This document shows positions 20,508-29,447 of a stretch of DNA of 64,000 nt, in pieces (within the stretch, counting starts at the first letter, position 1; each line of letters opens with the position of its first letter). Origin of the DNA: an uncultured Rhizobiaceae group bacterium (lineage in GTDB: Bacteria > Pseudomonadota > Alphaproteobacteria > Rhizobiales > Rhizobiaceae). Under the pieces are notes generated by a model that was given only the letters and a program-made list of their open reading frames with translations, was not told the DNA's origin and ran no database searches. A program made the translations under genes and the position numbers. The stretch lies in the NCBI GenBank assembly GCA_947501445.1, contig CANMVS010000020.1, positions 12,310-76,309 on the forward strand, given 5' to 3'.

Positions 20508-21407
20508 TTATTGCTTGAAACAATTATCTCTGTGCCAGGTGACAAATTCTGACCGCGGCTGATCTGCCTGGCGCGCAGGGATCAACAGGCTTCCGGACTT
20601 GTTGATCATTGATTGAACGGCTTCAGCATCGTTGGATTGGCGTGATACCAGTATTTTCAAGTCATCCGACAGTCCCACCATACCTCTGTCAAACATCCAA
20701 TGGGCCGTGCCCGACAAAGCCAGGCCATTGCTGATTATGTCTGGTCCATCGTATTCCACCGGGCGTATATGTGCCGCCTCCACTTCGGCTCTGCCTCTTC
20801 CATTGATCAGGCGAAGGCCGGTGATTGCGCAGCGTTCGCCGTATGCTCTGAGAACCGTCTTGCGGAAATTCCGATCACGTAGCGAACGATTTATCAATTG
20901 ATCTACACGCGTTCTGGACGAGGGGTGTGAATAGCTATCGTGTGTTTCAGCGAAACCGTCAGAATGTTCCGTTTGGCCCTCGCGCGGCAGGATATCGTCT
21001 CCACCACCAAGGCCGCGCTCAATGATCCTGGCGAAGTCAACAGGTGAGAGCGGTCGAACAGCGGCCTGTGCCCGGCCTGAAATGCGTCCCTGTTCGTTCA
21101 ACAACCCCTGTTCAACGACCGAGTTCTCGTCGCGAAATTGGACCGGATCACCAAAATCGAGATAACTGCCTCTTTCTATCACCGCCAGGTACATATCCTT
21201 GAGGCGTGGATCGGGTATGATCTCCTGCACCCGTGCGACGGCGAAGTAGCCCCTTGTGCCCTTCACCTTGCCTGGTTCGAGGTAAATGATCCAGTTGCCT
21301 TCGCACTGGCGAGCACGTTTGAGATATTGTTTTGGAAACTGATACTGCGTCGAGGGCGCGTCGTCGTATTTTGAATCCTTGCGATGTATGAATACGCCGA
21401 AAGCCAT
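20508..21407 (-). CDS. HNH endonuclease with uncharacterised N-terminal domain (putative restriction nuclease)
   Basis: C-terminal CAITG...VEAAHIRP...SNGLALSGTAHWMFDRG (HNH_2 type); ~100 aa N-terminal domain rich in aromatic residues. Confidence 0.85.
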   Translation of the reverse strand: MAFGVFIHRKDSKYDDAPSTQYQFPKQYLKRARQCEGNWIIYLEPGKVKGTRGYFAVARVQEIIPDPRLKDMYLAVIERGSYLDFGDPVQFRDENSVVEQGLLNEQGRISGRAQAAVRPLSPVDFARIIERGLGGGDDILPREGQTEHSDGFAETHDSYSHPSSRTRVDQLINRSLRDRNFRKTVLRAYGERCAITGLRLINGRGRAEVEAAHIRPVEYDGPDIISNGLALSGTAHWMFDRGMVGLSDDLKILVSRQSNDAEAVQSMINKSGSLLIPARQADQPRSEFVTWHRDNCFKQ

Positions 21408-21632
21408 TTGTAAAATCATCTTTGCTTTAGTCGATGATAATTGCAGGAGTGCAGGTACAGGATTAGTTGTTTTATTCCTGTTGCGCTACCGCTCCGTGTG
21501 CAAAATTCACCGGTGATTTGTCTGCAGGCAGCAAGCCGGGTTCCTTGTATTAAGAGAGTTTCTTACGCATCAGGCCTGGAATCCATCCATGGCATGGCTG
21601 ATTTCGAGGGGAAAACGGCGTTCACGTTAACC

Positions 21633-21647
21633 TTAACGTCAGGTTAA
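21633..21647. promoter_or_regulatory. CtrA-like box (TTAA-N7-TTAA)
   Basis: TTAA CGTCAGG TTAA upstream of the gene at 21734. Confidence 0.55.
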
Positions 21648-21696
21648 TGCCCAATCCTGTCTTATTTACCTTTACGTTTTCAATTGTTCCGATAGT

Positions 21697-21713
21697 GTTA
21701 ACGGGTGATTAAC
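21697..21713. promoter_or_regulatory. Perfect CtrA box GTTAA-N7-TTAAC
   Basis: GTTAA CGGGTGA TTAAC matches the TTAA-N7-TTAAC consensus on both strands, 20 nt upstream of the ATG. Confidence 0.75.
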
Positions 21714-21733
21714 CATGGTGTCAGGGGCGGCGC

Positions 21734-22465
21734 ATGACACAGACACAAGGCATGTCTGAATTTACACACAAACTTATTTCTATGCTGGACAGGATCGAAT
21801 ATCGCAGAATAGACAATCCGGAAGATATGGAAGACGTAGCGCGGTTGCGGCGCAAGGCGTATCAGGCGTCGGATATTTTGCCGGTGAAGGGTGATTTGCT
21901 GATCGATGATCTGGATTTTGATCCGCAGGCCTATGTATTTGGCGTTTATTATGATGAGCAATTGATCAGCACCGTGCGCATTCACCATGTGACACCGGCG
22001 CATCGGGTCAGTTCGTCGGGTACTATTTTTCCCGATGCCATCAACCCGATGCTGGATGCGGGTATGTCGCTGATTGATCCGGTTCGTCTTGCCGCAGATC
22101 CGCAGATTCTCAACGAATTGCCTGCAATTCCGTATTTGACATTGCGCATCGCAACCATGGCATCAGACTATTTTGACGTTGACAGGTGCCTGTCCCTGAT
22201 AAAGCCACAGCATGCGGCCTTCTATCGGCGTGTCTTTCGTTCAGATCAGATCGTGGCACCAACTCCCAACTGCGATGCCTACAAGATTGACTTGACCTTG
22301 CTGGCAACGCATGTGCGGTCCGTGCGGGATAAAATCTACAAGCGCTTTCCATTTTTTCAGTCGCAACCTTTTGAGCGCCGCATGATGTTTGCGCCGCCAG
22401 AAGAATTGAACCTGATGCCTTTGACCATTTTGCCAACTGCGCGGCAGTACCTCCAGGCAGCCTGA
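21734..22465 (+). CDS. FeeM-like N-acyl amino acid synthase / AHL-synthase-related acyltransferase
   Basis: ARLRRKAY, STVRIH, IDPVRLAAD and HAAFYRRVF pattern typical of the FeeM/LuxI-like GNAT fold. Activity not established. Confidence 0.7.
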   Translation: MTQTQGMSEFTHKLISMLDRIEYRRIDNPEDMEDVARLRRKAYQASDILPVKGDLLIDDLDFDPQAYVFGVYYDEQLISTVRIHHVTPAHRVSSSGTIFPDAINPMLDAGMSLIDPVRLAADPQILNELPAIPYLTLRIATMASDYFDVDRCLSLIKPQHAAFYRRVFRSDQIVAPTPNCDAYKIDLTLLATHVRSVRDKIYKRFPFFQSQPFERRMMFAPPEELNLMPLTILPTARQYLQAA

Positions 22466-22632
22466 TATTTCCTGATGACTTGCTCTGTCATGCCGCATTG
22501 TGTATTCGATGCAATTATGTCTTTTACTGAGTGCAGACCACGGTTTGCATTCAGGATTGCAACCGATTTTAACGCAGCAGCTGTTCGAAAAATCTGATAC
22601 GGACAGGACCGGCTTGGCAGGGGAGAAACTCA

Positions 22633-22857
22633 ATGGCTGAACTGAACAACGGACCCGTCGAACTGGGTGCCGAAATGGACTACGCGGAACATGAAAAAAC
22701 CTACAACATGTTTCTCGGACTGACGAAATATTGCACGCTTGGCTGTGCTGCCATTCTGGTTGGTATGACAGCAGGACTGTTGGGTGGTGCCGGATTTATC
22801 GGTGGCACACTCGCAATGATTATCGTGGCTGCAATCGGCTACTACCTGCTGAAGTAA
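22633..22857 (+). CDS. ctaH: aa3-type cytochrome c oxidase subunit IV
   Basis: MDYAEHEKTYNMFLGLTK signature followed by a hydrophobic segment. Confidence 0.88.
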   Translation: MAELNNGPVELGAEMDYAEHEKTYNMFLGLTKYCTLGCAAILVGMTAGLLGGAGFIGGTLAMIIVAAIGYYLLK

Positions 22858-22930
22858 ACAGCCGGGCCGCGCAGTTTTACGTCACGCTACGCGTACCTCA
22901 AGTGCATTTCCCGACGACAAGGAGTGAAGA

Positions 22931-24085
22931 GTGGCAAACACTGTTTTCATCGCTAAGGAATCCCATTCAGACGAAGCGCGCGTAGCGGCATCAACAGATA
23001 CCGTTAAAAAAATGATTGCACTGGGCTTTGACGTCGTTGTTCAAAAGGGTGCGGGCACAGCATCGCAGATACACGATAGTGCATTTGTAGAGGTAGGTGC
23101 CAAGCTTGGAGCCGCAACCGCTGCAAAGACCGCTGATGTGGTATTGCGGGTTCGCCGTCCAACCGATGCCGAAATCAAAAACTACAAAAAAGGTGCTGCG
23201 GTCATTGCGATCATGGACCCTTACGGCAATGAAAAGGCGCTTGCCAGCCTGGCAAAAGCGGGCTTGACCTGTTTCGCCATGGAACTGATGCCGCGCATTA
23301 CCCGTGCGCAGGTCATGGATGTTTTGTCATCACAGGCCAATCTTGCCGGCTATCAGGCGGTAATTGATGCGTCCTATGAATTTGACAGGGCCGTACCATT
23401 GATGATGACAGCAGCGGGCACTGTGCCTGCGGCGCGTGTCTTTGTCATGGGGGCAGGGGTTGCCGGACTTCAGGCGATTGCTACAGCCAAACGGCTTGGC
23501 GCAGCGGTTTCCGCAACGGATGTTCGTCCTGCGGCAAAGGAGCAGGTTGCTTCTCTCGGCGGTAAATTCATTGCGGTGGAAGATGAAGAATTCAAAGCGG
23601 CAGAAACCGCCGGTGGCTATGCCAAGGAAATGTCCAAGGAATATCAGGCCAAGCAGGCAGCACTGGTCGCCGACCATATAGCCAAGCAGGATATTGTCAT
23701 CACCACAGCATTGATACCCGGACGACCTGCACCCAGGCTGGTAACCCGCGCAATGCTCAAATCCATGAAGCCCGGATCGCTTTGCGTTGATCTTGCCGTG
23801 GAACGTGGCGGCAATGTTGAAGGTGCCAAGGCCGGCGGTATTGCCGAAGTCGATGGTGTTCGTATCATCGGCTATAACAATGTGGCGGGCCGCATCGCGG
23901 CAAGTGCTTCTCAGCTCTACGCAAAAAACCTGTTGTCCTTTCTGGATACGATGGTCAACAAAGATGACAAATCTTTTGCCATCAATCCGGAAGATGAACT
24001 TGTGAAAGCAACGATGTTGACCAATGGTGGCAAGATTGTTCACCCGAATTTCGGCGGTGCCGAAAATGACAAGGGGAATGCATAA
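22931..24085 (+). CDS. pntAA: NAD(P) transhydrogenase subunit alpha, part 1
   Basis: [57 protein letters not shown]. Confidence 0.96.
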   Translation: MANTVFIAKESHSDEARVAASTDTVKKMIALGFDVVVQKGAGTASQIHDSAFVEVGAKLGAATAAKTADVVLRVRRPTDAEIKNYKKGAAVIAIMDPYGNEKALASLAKAGLTCFAMELMPRITRAQVMDVLSSQANLAGYQAVIDASYEFDRAVPLMMTAAGTVPAARVFVMGAGVAGLQAIATAKRLGAAVSATDVRPAAKEQVASLGGKFIAVEDEEFKAAETAGGYAKEMSKEYQAKQAALVADHIAKQDIVITTALIPGRPAPRLVTRAMLKSMKPGSLCVDLAVERGGNVEGAKAGGIAEVDGVRIIGYNNVAGRIAASASQLYAKNLLSFLDTMVNKDDKSFAINPEDELVKATMLTNGGKIVHPNFGGAENDKGNA

Positions 24086-24504
24086 TGGCAAATTCCGCTA
24101 TCGATAATGCACTGGAAAACCTGGATGCAGCCGCCACTGCCGTTCGTCAGGCTGTGAGCGAGTTACCGGCTGCTGCAGAAGCTGTTGGTGCGGCAGCACA
24201 CGGCGCGACCGCAGGCGCGGTTGATCCCTTTGTGTTTCAGTTTGCGATATTCATTCTGGCAATTTTTGTCGGCTACTACGTGGTCTGGTCGGTAACGCCG
24301 GCTTTGCACACGCCCCTGATGGCGGTCACGAATGCAATCTCATCCGTGATTGTCGTTGGTGCATTGCTGGCGGTTGGCATTTCAGCCAGTGGGCTTGCGA
24401 CGGGGTTTGGGTTTATTGCTCTGGTCCTTGCATCGGTGAATATATTTGGTGGGTTTTTGGTAACCCAACGCATGCTTGCCATGTACAAGAAAAAAGAGAA
24501 GTGA
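24085..24504 (+). CDS. pntAB: NAD(P) transhydrogenase subunit alpha, part 2
   Basis: [30 protein letters not shown]. Confidence 0.96.
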   Translation: MANSAIDNALENLDAAATAVRQAVSELPAAAEAVGAAAHGATAGAVDPFVFQFAIFILAIFVGYYVVWSVTPALHTPLMAVTNAISSVIVVGALLAVGISASGLATGFGFIALVLASVNIFGGFLVTQRMLAMYKKKEK

Positions 24505-24512
24505 GGGGCTGA

Positions 24513-25907
24513 TTGATGTCTGAGAGTATTGCAGCCTTTCTATACCTGATTTCCGGTGTGCTGTTCATTCTGGCTTTGCGTGGCCTTTCCCATCCGACGA
24601 CCAGTCGGCAGGGTAATGTTTACGGAATGGCCGGTATGGGTATTGCCATATTGACAACACTGGCGCTGGCAACACCATCCTTTGGTGGTCTTGGCCTGAT
24701 CATTCTTGGTCTGGCCGTTGGTGGTGGCGTTGGTGCCTATGTGGCGCGTTCCATTCCCATGACCGCCATGCCTCAACTGGTCGCAGCCTTCCACTCGCTG
24801 GTTGGTCTTGCGGCAGTCATGGTGGCGGCGGCGGCGCTTTATACGCCCTCGTCCTTTGGTATTGGTGATGTCGGATCGATCCCCGGAGCGGCGTTGGTGG
24901 AAATGTCGATCGGCGTCGCAATTGGTGCCATAACCTTTACCGGTTCAATCATTGCGTTCCTCAAGCTGGATGGACGCATGTCCGGCAAACCCATCATGTT
25001 GCCCATGCGACACCCCATCAATGCCGGGCTCGCTATTGCCATTGTTGTGCTGGTTGCCATTCTGGTTATCAGTGAAAGCTATGCGGTTTTCTGGCTGATT
25101 GTCATACTGTCGCTGCTGCTTGGCGTTTTGATCATTGTTCCCATTGGCGGTGCGGACATGCCTGTTGTCGTGTCAATGCTCAATTCCTATTCAGGTTGGG
25201 CAGCTGCCGGTATCGGCTTTACGCTGGGCAATCTTGCGCTGATCGTCACGGGCGCTCTGGTGGGCTCATCGGGTGCCATTCTTTCCTACATCATGTGCAA
25301 GGGTATGAACCGATCCTTCATTTCGGTGATTCTTGGCGGCTTTGGCGGCGAGACGGCCGCTGCCGCTGATGATGATATCGACCGGTCGGTCAAATTGGGC
25401 TCGGCTGATGATGCGGCATTTCTTATGGCGAATGCCTCGAAGGTCATCATTGTACCAGGGTATGGCATGGCTGTTGCGCAGGCACAGCATGCACTGCGTG
25501 AACTTGCAGATACGCTCAAGGACAATGATGTGGAAGTCAAATATGCCATTCACCCGGTTGCCGGCCGCATGCCGGGCCATATGAATGTGCTGCTGGCAGA
25601 GGCCAATGTCCCCTATGATGAGGTATTTGAACTTGAGGATATCAATTCCGAATTTGCTCAGGCGGATGTTGTTTATGTGATTGGTGCAAATGATGTAACC
25701 AACCCGGCAGCAAGGGATGATCCTACGTCACCGATTTATGGCATGCCCATCCTTGAGGTTGACCGGGCGAAGACCTGCCTGTTTGTCAAACGTTCGCTGG
25801 GTTCGGGTTATGCGGGCATCGACAACACGCTGTTCTACAAGGAAGGCACGATGATGCTGCTTGGCGACGCCAAGAAAATGACTGAAGACATCGTCAAGGC
25901 GATGTGA
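24513..25907 (+). CDS. pntB: NAD(P) transhydrogenase subunit beta
   Basis: MPQLVAAFHSLVG, VVSMLNSYSGW, VPGYGMAVAQ, HPVAGRMPGHMNV, GANDVTN, MLLGDAK. Confidence 0.97.
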   Translation: MMSESIAAFLYLISGVLFILALRGLSHPTTSRQGNVYGMAGMGIAILTTLALATPSFGGLGLIILGLAVGGGVGAYVARSIPMTAMPQLVAAFHSLVGLAAVMVAAAALYTPSSFGIGDVGSIPGAALVEMSIGVAIGAITFTGSIIAFLKLDGRMSGKPIMLPMRHPINAGLAIAIVVLVAILVISESYAVFWLIVILSLLLGVLIIVPIGGADMPVVVSMLNSYSGWAAAGIGFTLGNLALIVTGALVGSSGAILSYIMCKGMNRSFISVILGGFGGETAAAADDDIDRSVKLGSADDAAFLMANASKVIIVPGYGMAVAQAQHALRELADTLKDNDVEVKYAIHPVAGRMPGHMNVLLAEANVPYDEVFELEDINSEFAQADVVYVIGANDVTNPAARDDPTSPIYGMPILEVDRAKTCLFVKRSLGSGYAGIDNTLFYKEGTMMLLGDAKKMTEDIVKAM

Positions 25908-25969
25908 TCTGGCGTATCGATCCAAATAGGCAATTTGCAGCATCAGCTGTCTTTGAATGCCAATGAAAC

Positions 25970-25996
25970 TGGGGGCCTCGGGCCCCCATTTTATTT
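25970..25996 (+). terminator. Intrinsic terminator after pntB
   Basis: TGGGGGCC-TCG-GGCCCCCA hairpin followed by TTTTATTT. Confidence 0.7.
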
Positions 25997-26000
25997 GGAC

Positions 26001-26101
26001 AGAGCAATGCAGGTTTTGACGGAAATGGTAAAACCTGAATGCATCAACAAAATCAAAAACCGACACCGTTATCCCGTTTTTGACAAAACGTGAAACGGTC
26101 C
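26001..26101 (+). repeat. ~100 bp dual-hairpin intergenic repeat, copy 3
   Basis: AGAGCAATGCAGGTTTTGACGGAAATGGTAAAACCTGAATGCATCAACAAAATC...CCGTTTTTGACAAAACGTGAAACGGTCC. Confidence 0.9.
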
Positions 26102-26160
26102 AGGTACGATAAATGCTCTCACGCGCCCGAACAGCATGGAGCCAGTTTGATAATTCTACC

Positions 26161-26190
26161 TTGACATGTAACCTATAGATTACATATTTT
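26161..26190 (+). promoter_or_regulatory. Sigma70-type promoter overlapped by a 20-bp palindromic operator
   Basis: -35 TTGACA (26161), -10-like TATTTT (26185); ATGTAACCTATAGATTACAT (26166-26185) is an inverted repeat with one mismatched pair. Confidence 0.7.
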
Positions 26191-26225
26191 ATCCCAACGA
26201 CATCAATTCAATCGGGAGATGAATC

Positions 26226-26804
26226 ATGCTCAAGGTCCTACTGCTCAGCGTCAGTCTGCTTTTCGCAAACGCCGCCGGTGCCGCAACACTTGCCCAGACC
26301 ATCCATTTCCCCGGTGCATCGGCAAAGGCGCTCCATGCGCTCTACACCACCAGCGCGGGACATCAGTCCGTCACGGGTCTTCCAGCGACCTATAAAACGC
26401 CAGATGGCTCTGCTGCGAAGGAGGCGCAAACGGGTGGATCCCTCGATGCATTCTGTTTCAAACCTGATATGTGCGCCCTCAACGCACGGGTGCTGGATAT
26501 GTCGTCAGCACCCGGTGTCTATTCGGTGACAATGGCCTGGTGGAATTTCGGCTGGGTATCAGCATTGGACCCTGCAGATATGGTTGTTGAAGGACGTGGA
26601 GCGCCTGATTCGACGCTGGTTCTAACCTTCCGTGACACATTGCGTGGTGCACAGATCGAATTGGTTCAGGTCAACGTTCCGGACTATAAAGTGCGCATTC
26701 CAAATCCGGACCAAACCGAAGAGATTGGTCCGCTGAGTACAATCGTCAACACCCATTGGAACCTTCTGTACTGGGATGGTTTTCGCAAAGCGCTTGCGCA
26801 GTAA
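26226..26804 (+). CDS. Secreted protein with SRPBCC/Aha1-like (START) fold
   Basis: Signal peptide (LLLSVSLLFANAAGA-A); QTIHFP.ASAKALHALY, WWNFGW, STLVLTF, IELVQVNVP and HWNLLYW resemble the Aha1 C-terminal domain. SD GGGAG. Confidence 0.6.
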   Translation: MLKVLLLSVSLLFANAAGAATLAQTIHFPGASAKALHALYTTSAGHQSVTGLPATYKTPDGSAAKEAQTGGSLDAFCFKPDMCALNARVLDMSSAPGVYSVTMAWWNFGWVSALDPADMVVEGRGAPDSTLVLTFRDTLRGAQIELVQVNVPDYKVRIPNPDQTEEIGPLSTIVNTHWNLLYWDGFRKALAQ

Positions 26805-26884
26805 TTCACCAATCAGGAACCTTGCCCGCACGCTTTCATGCGGCATGTGGTCAAGGACGTTAGAACCCTCTGAAAGGCCAATCG

Positions 26885-27271
26885 ATGCCCCTTGAATTTA
26901 CCGCCATATATGCCAGCCTGCTGGCACTATTGATGATCGTGCTCAGCACCCGTGTGAGTGTCATGCGTGCAAAGACGGATATTCCCATTCTGCACGGTGA
27001 CAATATTGCCCTGGCTGAACGCATTCGCCAGCATGCCAATTTCACTGAAAATGTGCCCATGGCGCTGATTCTCATGGGCATTGTGGAGCTTTCGGGGGCT
27101 GATGCACTTTGGCTCAATGCCATTGGCGCTACGCTTTTGTTCTCACGCATCATTCATCCCTTTGGTGTCAACGCCGATAACAACTACCGGGTCGCTCGTG
27201 GTATGGGCGCATTGTTGACAACGGTCTCTGTTTTGATCAGCGTTGTTTTCATCCTCCTCAATGCGTTCTAA
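26885..27271 (+). CDS. MAPEG-family membrane protein
   Basis: Hydrophobic, with RIRQHANFTENVP and SRIIHPFG motifs. Confidence 0.88.
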   Translation: MPLEFTAIYASLLALLMIVLSTRVSVMRAKTDIPILHGDNIALAERIRQHANFTENVPMALILMGIVELSGADALWLNAIGATLLFSRIIHPFGVNADNNYRVARGMGALLTTVSVLISVVFILLNAF

Positions 27272-27353
27272 ACTTGTCCCTGATTGAAAGCGCCGGGCTT
27301 TGCATTGGGCCTGCCGGGCAGAATAGATTCAGGGCGTGTTTGTTGAGGGACCG

Positions 27354-27692
27354 ATGACCTATCGTTTGCACAATATCTATTCGGTCATTGCGGATGATCG
27401 GCGCCGGGCCCTGTTGGACTGTCTTGCCCTGGGTGACAAAACGGCCGGGGAGTTGGCCAGTGAATTTGATATATCCCGCCCGGCGGTTGCCAAGCACCTT
27501 CGTATTCTGGAACAAAGCGGGCTTGTCACCATTACAAATGTCGGGCGCACGCGCGTTCACCGCTTGAATGCACAGCCTCTGCGTGAGGTTCATGACTGGG
27601 TCCAGCGCTACGGGCGTTTTTGGGATGTTCATCTTGAAAACCTCAAACAGGCTGTTGAGGCCAGTGTCAAAAGCAGAAAGCAGGACACCTGA
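27354..27692 (+). CDS. ArsR/SmtB-family regulator (non-metal, SRPBCC-linked type)
   Basis: IADDRRRALL, AGELASEFDISRPAVAKHLRILEQSGLV, GRTRVHRL; SD GAGGGA. Confidence 0.9.
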   Translation: MTYRLHNIYSVIADDRRRALLDCLALGDKTAGELASEFDISRPAVAKHLRILEQSGLVTITNVGRTRVHRLNAQPLREVHDWVQRYGRFWDVHLENLKQAVEASVKSRKQDT

Positions 27693-28111
27693 TGGCACAT
27701 ATTCACCGCAGCATAACAATCGGTGCGCTGATTGATGATGTATGGGCTTATTTGACCGAAAGCGACAAGATTGCCGAGTGGCTGATGCCCAATACATTTG
27801 AAGCCCGGATGGGTCATGAATTTACCATGGATTGTCCCCCTGGTCTTGGTTCCGGATCACCGGTTCAGTGTCAGGTCAGGGAACTTGAGCCACCGGCAGA
27901 TGGGCGGGCAAGACTGGTTTATTCATGGGTGATTGATCAACCATTTACACAAACGCTGCTGGAAATCGATCTCATTGAAATTGCCCAATCAACACGCTGC
28001 GATCTGGTCCATTCCGGTTGGGATGAGGGCGAGAGCGATTTACGCACACGCCATGCCAGTGGTTGGGATTTCCTTCTCGATACCAGATTGCGCGCATTGC
28101 TGGAAAACTAG
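27692..28111 (+). CDS. SRPBCC/Aha1 domain protein
   Basis: VWAYLTESDKIAEWLM, LVYSW, LVHSGW, HASGWDFLL; overlaps the ArsR stop codon. Confidence 0.9.
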   Translation: MAHIHRSITIGALIDDVWAYLTESDKIAEWLMPNTFEARMGHEFTMDCPPGLGSGSPVQCQVRELEPPADGRARLVYSWVIDQPFTQTLLEIDLIEIAQSTRCDLVHSGWDEGESDLRTRHASGWDFLLDTRLRALLEN

Positions 28112-28220
28112 GCTTGGAGTTTTCACAATAGCCAGGTTTTGCTGGCAATGGCGCTCGCTACGCAAATGCCATAAATGTTGACGGCAAGAATATCCTGTAG
28201 AGTTAATTGAAAACAGAACA

Positions 28221-29252
28221 CTACCGGGACGGAATGTTCTCGTGAAACAGAACCTGGAGCCGCGGCAGGTATTCCGGTTCCTTTGTTCCTCTGACGGCAG
28301 CGGCCAGAAGCTTGATGATTTCACGGGCTTCAACGCGCGAGTTTTGATCAATCACGGCATCCAGTGTTCTGTCCAGCAGCATGCTTCTCGTGGCGTCGGT
28401 CAGATCATGCGCGATGAAAATGATATCATGTTGTGCATTAGCTTCTTTCAGTGCCTGGGCGATGCCTTGTGTGCCCGATCCTATATTGTAAATTGCAGAA
28501 GGTCGCTCCGACTTGAGAATCGTGCGGGTTTCCTCATAGGCGCGATCCCTGTCTTCCTCGACTTCGATCAGGGAGGAAACGCGCAGATTGTTGAAGTCGC
28601 GCCCTGTCACAGCACGGAAACCCATTTCGCGTTCTTCATGGCCGCGGTAGGAGGGTGAGCCAATGAAAACGACAATATCATGCTGCTTGTCCGGGTGAAG
28701 AAACCGCCCGGTCAAAAGGCCCGCCAGCCGTCCGGCGGCGCGGTTATCGATTCCAATGTAACCGACTTTCGTTACTGAGCGGATGTCTGAAACCAGGGTT
28801 GCGACACGCACACCCGACGACGCGAGCCTGTTGATGGCTTCGCGTACCGCCGGATGGTCAGGTGCGACGATGCCAACAGCATCGGTCTTTCCAACCAGAT
28901 CATGCAGCCGCGCGGCGACACGATATGGATCAAAGCCGTCGATGACATGCAGATTTGGCAGAACACCGCCATAGCTGGCAGCTTCCTCCAGGAGGTCTTT
29001 TCGCAGATTGGCGATGAAAGTATTGCTGCCACCGGGAAGGATAAAATCGAGCCGAACATCTGCCTCGGGCTGCGCTTCGGTTGGTCCGAAATAACCCATG
29101 CGTTGCGCCGCTATCAACACGATGTCGCGGGTACGTTGTTTGACACCACCGCGGTCATTCAGGGCCCGGTCAACGGTGGCAACTGAAAACCCTACCTCCT
29201 GTGCAATCTGACTGACAGTTGTCTTCACTTTTTGCTCCACGCCTTTTGACAA
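28221..29252 (-). CDS. LacI-family regulator of the sugar island
   Basis: VSQIAQEVGFSVATVDRALNDRGGV HTH, IGIDNRAAGRLAG; divergent from the ABC operon. Confidence 0.92.
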   Translation of the reverse strand: MSKGVEQKVKTTVSQIAQEVGFSVATVDRALNDRGGVKQRTRDIVLIAAQRMGYFGPTEAQPEADVRLDFILPGGSNTFIANLRKDLLEEAASYGGVLPNLHVIDGFDPYRVAARLHDLVGKTDAVGIVAPDHPAVREAINRLASSGVRVATLVSDIRSVTKVGYIGIDNRAAGRLAGLLTGRFLHPDKQHDIVVFIGSPSYRGHEEREMGFRAVTGRDFNNLRVSSLIEVEEDRDRAYEETRTILKSERPSAIYNIGSGTQGIAQALKEANAQHDIIFIAHDLTDATRSMLLDRTLDAVIDQNSRVEAREIIKLLAAAVRGTKEPEYLPRLQVLFHENIPSR

Positions 29253-29447
29253 TTGGCTGATTTGTTATTTCCATCGTAATCCATCATTTCTAAAAACTTC
29301 TGCCAAGACAAGCCAGATTCGACATATTGCAGGCGGAAATGAGTGATAATGATGTAATATGATGAGATATGACGCTTGCGCTGCACTCATTATACATCAA
29401 TATTTCTTCGCAAAGGTGGTGCGAAATCACCGTGTTGGGAGGAAAAG

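Noticed and set aside
29339-29399. Imperfect inverted repeat TGATGTAATATGATGAG ... CTCATTATACATCA in the LacI-ABC divergent promoter
   Set aside because: May be the LacI-family operator, but it is too degenerate to define a site from one sequence.
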